NCBI GenBank assembly: GCA_022840695.1
Contig: JALHDC010000002.1
Coordinates: forward strand, 25,753-89,752
Origin: a bacterium
GTDB lineage: Bacteria; Patescibacteriota; Dojkabacteria; SC72
DNA length: 64,000 bases
Reading direction: 5' to 3'
The position numbers and the translations under genes were made by a program. Below the pieces are notes generated by a model. It was given only the letters and a program-made list of their open reading frames with translations, did not search any database and was not told the DNA's origin. Below, one piece after another: positions 57,649 to 64,000 of this stretch (position 1 is its first letter; every line of letters starts with the position of its first letter).

Positions 57649-58761
57649 ATGAAAATCTCTTTAAAGAATATATTAATACTTCTTTTGCTTTTAATTCCAT
57701 TAAATACTGCTATAGCCCAAACAAAATCTACAGCAGAAATCCTTGGGGAGGAAAATACAAATACTACTGAAGAATTAGATTTGAAAGAAGCTGCTAGGGA
57801 GGCTGATTTTCTTAATCAGCTCCTATTGGATATTCCTGTATTAACTGATAATCCAAGTCACATAATCACCTTTGTGGATCCTTCTGAAGACAAATCAGGA
57901 GTACAAATGGAGATTGATGGAAAAAGCTTTCAAGATATTCTAAGCCCTTACTCCCTACCAGCTTTAAGTATAGGTAAGCATGAATTAAGATTTAAGTTTG
58001 TTGATAAATATGGAGCGACACAAATACTAGAGAAGGATATCATTATCATTCCAAGACCTCCAATAATAAATTCCCCTACATTCCAAGAAGAATCGTTGCA
58101 AATATCTGGCACAGGTTTGTCAAATTCAGAGATTATAATAATCATCGCCTCAAGTAAGGATATATTAACCTTGGAGGATAATATTGATGGAGAAGGAAAT
58201 TGGAGTTTCAATATAAATAAAGAAAATCTGACAGAAGGAGTATATACATTTTCTGGATATACAAGAAGACATGGCTATGCAAGTAATCTTTCAGAACCCA
58301 TAACATTTGAAGTAGGAGATTCTCAAACAGTAGTCACAAAAGAGAATGGGAATGAAATATATTTTAAATTTAAGGACATTTCTTTCTCAAATTTAAATGA
58401 AATAGTTTCAAAAAATGTTGATCTGATAATTCTCATCATCTCTACATTTACCTTGGGGTTCGTTCTATCTGCTATCCTCTTTTCTATATTTAGAAATAAT
58501 TCTGATGGGAAGAATATAAAGATTTTAGAGAAGAAAATAAAAGAGAATGGAAAGCAGAATAAAGAAATAACATTGAAAGAGAAGTTATCACAAACAGAAG
58601 CAATTGCAAAAGATAATAAAATAAAAGAGAAGAAAGAAGAGAAGAAAGAGGAAAAGATAGTAACAAAAATAGATTTCTTAAAAGACTTCAAAATGTTTGA
58701 TCCAGATAATGAGAAAGGACAAGAGGAAAAGATCAAAGTAACCCTAACTTCAAAAGATTAA
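57649..58761 (+). CDS. cell-surface protein with Ig-like domain, TM anchor and K/E-rich cytoplasmic tail
   Basis: signal peptide, Ig-like beta region, TM (LIILIISTFTLGFVLSAILF), KEKKEEKKEEK tail. Confidence 0.4.
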   Translation: MKISLKNILILLLLLIPLNTAIAQTKSTAEILGEENTNTTEELDLKEAAREADFLNQLLLDIPVLTDNPSHIITFVDPSEDKSGVQMEIDGKSFQDILSPYSLPALSIGKHELRFKFVDKYGATQILEKDIIIIPRPPIINSPTFQEESLQISGTGLSNSEIIIIIASSKDILTLEDNIDGEGNWSFNINKENLTEGVYTFSGYTRRHGYASNLSEPITFEVGDSQTVVTKENGNEIYFKFKDISFSNLNEIVSKNVDLIILIISTFTLGFVLSAILFSIFRNNSDGKNIKILEKKIKENGKQNKEITLKEKLSQTEAIAKDNKIKEKKEEKKEEKIVTKIDFLKDFKMFDPDNEKGQEEKIKVTLTSKD

Positions 58762-58784
58762 TACATGATAGAATATGCATGAAT

Positions 58785-58868
58785 GCCAAGATGGTGAAAT
58801 CGGCAGACACGCTATGTTCAGAACGTAGTCCTAGAAATAGGGTGGGGGTTCAACTCCCCCTCTTGGCA
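58785..58868 (+). tRNA. tRNA-Leu (anticodon CAG), type II, no encoded CCA
   Basis: acceptor GCCAAGA/TCTTGGC, anticodon stem CTATG/CGTAG, loop TTCAGAA, long variable arm, T-arm GGGGG-TTCAACT-CCCCC, discriminator A. Confidence 0.85.
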
Positions 58869-58871
58869 CTT

Positions 58872-60653
58872 CTATTCAAAATACCAATCTTGGATACTCT
58901 TAAACCTTTCGTATGAGTAGTTTATATTCTCTAAATCTATACCTTTAATATTATCTTTCACAAAATAATAGAAAGTCGGATTGTATAAAAAGACAACAGG
59001 AGAATCTGCCATTATATACTTCTGAACTAAATCATACTTCTCTTTACGAACATTCCTCTGTGATATTTTTCTAGCATCCTCTAGAAGTATATCTACTCTC
59101 TCATAAGAGTACCCAGATATATTTAAATCAGGATAATTGCTCTTCAAAGAGTGCCACAAATTATACTGATCAGGATCTACAGTAGTCTCAACTTCATATA
59201 GTAATATATCAAAATCCCTAGTTGCAATTATTTCTTGTGTTATCTGATTGTAATTTAATTTCTCTCCTTTCAAAACCACTCCTTCTTTCTTTAATAATTC
59301 CTTCAATACGGAGAACAATCTTTCATTAGTAATGCTATCAAAATAGCTAATGGTAAAAGAAAGGATTTCTTCCTGATCGTTTTCAAAATAACCACTTTCC
59401 TCATTCTTGGTAAATCCTAGATTTTTAAATATCTCAGCTGCCTTAGCTGGATCATATGCATAATAGTCAATATTAGAGTTAAAAGCCCAGGAATCCTCTG
59501 GGAATGGACCTTTTCTAACAATACCTTGAATACCTGACTGCTCTACTAAACCTTCTTTATCTATTAAATAGTTAAAGGCCAAACGAATTTCTTTTCCTTT
59601 ATATGTATCTCTTCTTGTATTAAAAAATAGTAATTTGGTTCTGTAATTCTCAATCTTGCTAAAACTATTTAAGTTACTATACTCCTGAGTAAATTTTAAC
59701 AATTCATAATCCCAACCACCTACTGCATCTAAAACCCCAATCCTAAACGACATCTCCATACTTTGTTTATCAGGGAATACCTTAAATACAATATTTTGTA
59801 TATCACATTCACTTTCATCGTATTTATTATCTTCCAAAAAGACCGTATTTTGCTCTGTTCTTGTAACCATATATCTCCCAGTACCAACGGGATATCTAGA
59901 AAACATATCAAAAGCCATCTGACTTAAATCAACACTCTCTAATCTAGACTTAGGAACTATGAAGAGAGAGACTGCTTCAAAGAAAGTAGGGTTGGGTTCT
60001 GATAGTTTAAATACAACTTCCTTTCCATTTTTACTAATATCAACACCTATCAAAGAAATACCGACTGAATCAAAACCAAATTCCTCTGAAAGAGCCTTTG
60101 CAGTATTAAAGGTAAATAAAATATCATCAGCTGTAAGAGGAGTTCCATCATGCCAAAATACATCCTCTTTTATCTGAAATCTATACTCTAATCTATCATC
60201 AGAAACACTCCAACTCTCCGCTATTCCTGGTAGAGGTTCCCCATCTTTATTGATATAAACAAATCGATCAAAAACAAGTTCCTGTACTGCTTTATCTACA
60301 TAATTAACTGATATAAATAAAGGATTGAAAGTAGAGATAGCACCCACAGAACCCTCTGTAAAAGTATTTTCGGATCCAGAACCCTCTAAAATCCTAGCCA
60401 CAACCTTAGAATCCAGAACAAAAGAAATTGCAATACCAACAATACCAAATAACACAATATAACTTAGTGGAATTAAATTCTTAAATAATTTGGAAATATA
60501 TATGGGATAATCCCACAAAACATCTCTGAAATCTCTTTTCTTTAATTTCTTACCATTAGCATCTCTCCTTTTTTTTATATCAATAGATCCCAACGCCTCT
60601 TTCATCGTAGACTTGGTGTCAGAAGAAGATTCTTTTACTATTTTCTTTCCCAT
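58872..60653 (-). CDS. ABC transporter substrate-binding protein, family 5 (peptide/nickel type), membrane-anchored
   Basis: 593 aa with N-terminal TM; SBP_bac_5-like length and composition. Confidence 0.55.
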   Translation of the reverse strand: MGKKIVKESSSDTKSTMKEALGSIDIKKRRDANGKKLKKRDFRDVLWDYPIYISKLFKNLIPLSYIVLFGIVGIAISFVLDSKVVARILEGSGSENTFTEGSVGAISTFNPLFISVNYVDKAVQELVFDRFVYINKDGEPLPGIAESWSVSDDRLEYRFQIKEDVFWHDGTPLTADDILFTFNTAKALSEEFGFDSVGISLIGVDISKNGKEVVFKLSEPNPTFFEAVSLFIVPKSRLESVDLSQMAFDMFSRYPVGTGRYMVTRTEQNTVFLEDNKYDESECDIQNIVFKVFPDKQSMEMSFRIGVLDAVGGWDYELLKFTQEYSNLNSFSKIENYRTKLLFFNTRRDTYKGKEIRLAFNYLIDKEGLVEQSGIQGIVRKGPFPEDSWAFNSNIDYYAYDPAKAAEIFKNLGFTKNEESGYFENDQEEILSFTISYFDSITNERLFSVLKELLKKEGVVLKGEKLNYNQITQEIIATRDFDILLYEVETTVDPDQYNLWHSLKSNYPDLNISGYSYERVDILLEDARKISQRNVRKEKYDLVQKYIMADSPVVFLYNPTFYYFVKDNIKGIDLENINYSYERFKSIQDWYFE

Positions 60654-60671
60654 ACTAAATCCATACTTATA

Positions 60672-60899
60672 TTACGAGTATTTCAATATCGCTAAAGAAA
60701 GAAATACTAAAACCACTATTAAAAATATTGTGAAATAATACAAAAACTTCTCCAAACCTCTCTTAGTTCGAAAGACCTCACCACCCCCTCCAAACATCTT
60801 CCCAAGACCCTCAGCCCTATTCTGTAACAAAATTGCTCCTATTAATATCCCACAAACAATAATTTGTGAAATTAAAAGAGTTTTAGATATGTTGTCCAT
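60672..60899 (-). CDS. secG: preprotein translocase subunit SecG
   Basis: 75 aa, two TMs, LLQNRAEGLGKMFGGGG motif. Confidence 0.7.
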   Translation of the reverse strand: MDNISKTLLISQIIVCGILIGAILLQNRAEGLGKMFGGGGEVFRTKRGLEKFLYYFTIFLIVVLVFLSLAILKYS

Positions 60900-60928
60900 A
60901 AAAGCTATTATACACTATTTAAATGAAA

Positions 60929-61339
60929 TTAATCACCATCTAACTCTCTGTAGATAGTACAGAAGAATGAACAAGCAACAGCAGATATTACAATAGAAAG
61001 AAGTGGAACAACCTCAAAACTCTTTATCTGAATACTTCCTAATTCCAATCCCTTAAAAACAAATTCATTAACATAAAAATCAACCATAAATATCTTCAAA
61101 ACATACAAAATTCCAGTTAAAAGTATAGCAGACATAAGAAAAAAGGTTGGAAATTTACATTTAACAGTTAAGAAACTAAGAAGAGGACATGCCATCAGAA
61201 CAGTTAAACTTAATACAAAAATTGTAAGTATCAAATATGTAATATTATCATCAGGAAGTTGAATTCCCTCTTTAAACAAGCTTAAAATGAAATATAAGAT
61301 AAGCGAGTAAACCAGAAACAATTTTATACCTTTTTTCAT
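60929..61339 (-). CDS. small multi-pass membrane protein
   Basis: 136 aa, about 4 predicted TMs. Confidence 0.35.
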   Translation of the reverse strand: MKKGIKLFLVYSLILYFILSLFKEGIQLPDDNITYLILTIFVLSLTVLMACPLLSFLTVKCKFPTFFLMSAILLTGILYVLKIFMVDFYVNEFVFKGLELGSIQIKSFEVVPLLSIVISAVACSFFCTIYRELDGD

Positions 61340-61457
61340 TGCCTAATATAACATATCACAACTACTGTTCATAGTCCTGTAATATGAATTATACAAGATG
61401 ATTATGTTCATTAATAATATTTTTTCTGCTATACTTTCGATATCAAAATCTGCCCAT

Positions 61458-62870
61458 ATGCAAAATATATCTAAAACAAAAATCATAGCAACAATAGGTC
61501 CATCTTCATGGGATAAAGATATTCTAAAAGAAATGTACAAAGCAGGTATGCAATTGGCTAGAATAAATGCCTCCTTTGCTGATTCAGAAGAAATTCAAAG
61601 AGTATCAAAAGAGGTAAGAACACTTTCTCCTAGAGTATCACTCATTCTTGATCTACAAGGAACAAAAATACGAGTAGTTAATCTAAATACAGATATTAAA
61701 TTAGATCAAAATGTTATCATTTCATCAGCAAATAGTTCAGAACACCAAGATCCCAAAATCAGCATCTCATACCCAGACCTTCATAAACATATTGTGAATG
61801 GTTCAAAAATATTCTTAGACGATGGAACCATTGAATTGGAAGTGACGAAGATTGATGGAACAGATATTTATTGCAAAGTAATCCAATCGGGCATATTAAA
61901 ACCCAACAAAACTGTAAACATACCACATCTAAATTTACATTTCCCAACTCTAACAGAAAAGGATAAAACAGACATTAGCTATGCAATAGAAAATGATTTT
62001 GATTTCATATGCCTTTCCTTTGTAAGGAATTCAACCGATGTTAACACAGTACGAGAAATATTAGGAGATTCTTCAATAAAAATAATATCAAAAATAGAAA
62101 ATCAAGAAGGAATAGACAATTTTGATTCAATCCTGGAAGTATCAGATGCAATTATGATAGCCAGAGGAGATTTAGGAGTAGAAACTCCATTAGAAAACAT
62201 ACCAATACTGCAAAAACAAATGATTTACAAATGCAGAGCTAAAGGAAAACCAGTAATAGTAGCAACACAAATGTTAGAATCTATGAGAGAAAACAAACAA
62301 CCAACCCGAGCAGAAGTATCCGATGTAGCAAACTCTGTTATGGATGGTACTGACTCCGTAATGCTTTCTGCAGAAACCTCTACAGGAAAATATCCAGTAT
62401 TAGCTATAAAAACAATGAATAAAATTGCATACACCGCAGAACAGTATATGCAAATGACCCCAATATACGGAAGAACAACAGCATCAGAAGAAGTAGACGA
62501 AATATCAAAAAATGTATGTCTACTTTCCCAAAGTATCCCACTCAAAGGAATCTGTGTACTATCAGATAATGTACAAACAATCGGTAGTATAAGTCGACAT
62601 AGACCTAATATCCCTATATGGTCAATCAATTCATCTTTAGAGAGAATTCGTAAGGATTCCCTATATAGGGGAGTAAAAACCTTTTATATAAATGATCTTC
62701 CTTCAGACAGAGATGAAAGCATCCTAAAAGCAATTCAAACTATCTATACCCACGGGGAGTTGGATTTAACCGACAAAATTGCTATTATTAGCGGTAGCTC
62801 AATAAAACATAAGAGTAGTGACCTAATTCTTGAAATAGTCACTGTTAAAGATGTTTTAAATCACCAATAA
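61458..62870 (+). CDS. pyk: pyruvate kinase
   Basis: N-terminal KTKIIATIGPSS, MIARGDLGVE, start at ATG 61458. Confidence 0.9.
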   Translation: MQNISKTKIIATIGPSSWDKDILKEMYKAGMQLARINASFADSEEIQRVSKEVRTLSPRVSLILDLQGTKIRVVNLNTDIKLDQNVIISSANSSEHQDPKISISYPDLHKHIVNGSKIFLDDGTIELEVTKIDGTDIYCKVIQSGILKPNKTVNIPHLNLHFPTLTEKDKTDISYAIENDFDFICLSFVRNSTDVNTVREILGDSSIKIISKIENQEGIDNFDSILEVSDAIMIARGDLGVETPLENIPILQKQMIYKCRAKGKPVIVATQMLESMRENKQPTRAEVSDVANSVMDGTDSVMLSAETSTGKYPVLAIKTMNKIAYTAEQYMQMTPIYGRTTASEEVDEISKNVCLLSQSIPLKGICVLSDNVQTIGSISRHRPNIPIWSINSSLERIRKDSLYRGVKTFYINDLPSDRDESILKAIQTIYTHGELDLTDKIAIISGSSIKHKSSDLILEIVTVKDVLNHQ

Positions 62871-62872
62871 AT

Positions 62873-62948
62873 GGTGACGTAGCCAAGTTGGTTAAGGCCG
62901 CGGTCTGCAAAACCGCTATCACGGGTTCGAATCCCGTCGTCACCTCCA
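62873..62948 (+). tRNA. tRNA-Cys (anticodon GCA) with encoded CCA
   Basis: acceptor GGTGACG/CGTCACC, anticodon stem GCGGT/ACCGC, loop CTGCAAA, discriminator U73. Confidence 0.9.
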
Positions 62949-63079
62949 AATCCCTCTACCTTTAGTTTATTAAATAATCTCTACCTATCAATGACTACAG
63001 CCATTATATGAACGAAATTTAATATACTATCGGTACGATTGAAAATAAACAACATTTAGATTAAAATAGCACAATATTA

Positions 63080-63163
63080 GCCGGGATGGCGGAATAGGCA
63101 GACGCGCGGGACTTAAAATCCCGTTCTAGCAATAGAGTGAGGGTTCGATTCCCTCTTCCGGCA
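63080..63163 (+). tRNA. tRNA-Leu (anticodon TAA), type II, no encoded CCA
   Basis: acceptor GCCGGGA/TTCCGGC, anticodon stem CGGGA/TCCCG, loop CTTAAAA, long variable arm, T-arm GAGGG-TTCGATT-CCCTC, discriminator A. Confidence 0.85.
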
Positions 63164-63171
63164 GGATATAA

Positions 63172-63393
63172 TTACTCAGCATCCTCAAATTTGTCTGGAT
63201 CTTGATTACCACACTTAGGACAAACCTTCAATCTAGTAACTCCTTCATACAAATACCCACAGACTAAGCATTTCCACCTTAACCATCTACTATCCAAATC
63301 TTCAGGAGCAACACTATTTACATCAAACCCATTATCTTCAGGAGTAGCAGAATCCACAGGCATTTGTTCATTCTTTTTCAATATATCGTCCAT
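63172..63393 (-). CDS. rubredoxin-like zinc-ribbon mini-protein (rubrerythrin C-terminal-domain type) with acidic N-terminal extension
   Basis: WKCLVCGY...CPKCG with 15-residue spacing (rubrerythrin-type rather than canonical rubredoxin); overlaps cmk start by 26 nt. Confidence 0.45.
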   Translation of the reverse strand: MDDILKKNEQMPVDSATPEDNGFDVNSVAPEDLDSRWLRWKCLVCGYLYEGVTRLKVCPKCGNQDPDKFEDAE

Positions 63394-63988
63394 CTCTTAA
63401 TCTTTTTAAAATTAAGTTAACTGTTTCCTCTTCATTAAGCTTAGAGGAATCAATCACAATATCATTGTACACATTTGGCTTACTATAATCCACTCCATAC
63501 AGTTTCTTATATCTCATATTATCCATCTCCCATCTTTTTCTTAAATCCCTTCTAATTTTGAAATATCTAAAAAATCTTTTAAAGAAACTTTTAATATCCT
63601 CATTCTCTAAATGTCGTAAAGCCCTTCTGTGTAATGATGCATTAATCCAAATCTTAGCAGTACATGGAATATTTTTTATACTAGCAATAGCAGAAAATAT
63701 TTTAGATTCTATAAGTAAATTATTTTCATTATTTACCATATCTATCAATCCTCGATCCACTTCCATATCTATTTTCATTAACTCATCTTCATTACTTTTC
63801 TTAAAGAAACTTTCAAAATCCTCATAACCCCTTTGTTCTACAGCCTTTCTAAAAAGAGATCCGGCATAAACTCTCTTTAGATTAAAATGACTTGCTAACA
63901 TTTCTGATATGGTCGAAGCACCGGAACCACCAGGACCACCGACAACAATCAAAAATCTTTTTCTCTTATCCATTCGCTTACCTTCCAT
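63368..63988 (-). CDS. cmk: cytidylate kinase
   Basis: P-loop GGPGGSGAST, 206 aa. Confidence 0.7.
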   Translation of the reverse strand: MEGKRMDKRKRFLIVVGGPGGSGASTISEMLASHFNLKRVYAGSLFRKAVEQRGYEDFESFFKKSNEDELMKIDMEVDRGLIDMVNNENNLLIESKIFSAIASIKNIPCTAKIWINASLHRRALRHLENEDIKSFFKRFFRYFKIRRDLRKRWEMDNMRYKKLYGVDYSKPNVYNDIVIDSSKLNEEETVNLILKRLRDGRYIEKE

Positions 63989-64000
63989 ATGTTAATATAG

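Noticed and set aside
1-64000. CRISPR arrays or cas genes
   Set aside because: No regularly spaced direct repeats were seen anywhere. The only significant repeats are the 14-nt att-like pair and short palindromes.

Overview
This is a 64 kb AT-rich (roughly 30% GC) bacterial chromosomal segment. Coding density is high, genes lack Shine-Dalgarno sequences, and the standard genetic code is used. The markers indicate an anaerobic bacterium with a monoderm-like envelope: glmS ribozyme, PspC/LiaF envelope-stress genes, MurB, LD-carboxypeptidase, desulfoferrodoxin, heliorhodopsin. The exact lineage is not resolvable from sequence alone.

Housekeeping genes that can be called with confidence:
- glmS, preceded by a glmS ribozyme
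- hisS, upp, dcd, purA, purB, murB, def, pyk, cmk, secG
- iscS-iscU-mnmA
- copA with a CsoR-like regulator
- A NitT/TauT-type ABC importer
- Two other ABC exporter/permease pairs
- An OmpR/HK two-component system
- tRNA-His(GTG), tRNA-Leu(CAG), tRNA-Cys(GCA) and tRNA-Leu(TAA)

The main accessory feature is a roughly 10.9 kb island inserted at the 3' end of tRNA-His. It is bounded by a perfect 14-nt direct repeat of the tRNA 3' end. It carries a single seven-gene minus-strand defence operon:
- DUF262/DUF1524 GmrSD-like enzyme
- HsdR
- ABC-ATPase fused to a Toprim-like domain (OLD/PARIS-like)
- HsdM
- HEPN-like protein
- HsdS
- a very acidic 72-aa protein

No integrase is present. A GC-rich anomalous block lies next to the right repeat.

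Other notable items:
- A bona fide heliorhodopsin gene
- A DUF523 (TudS-like thiouracil desulfidase) gene translationally linked to upp, behind an ABC importer that has a near-consensus promoter and a palindromic operator
- A copper-efflux and Fe-S assembly super-operon
- A desulfoferrodoxin and a rubrerythrin-type mini rubredoxin
- Tandem small transmembrane peptides beside a MacB-like transporter and two-component module
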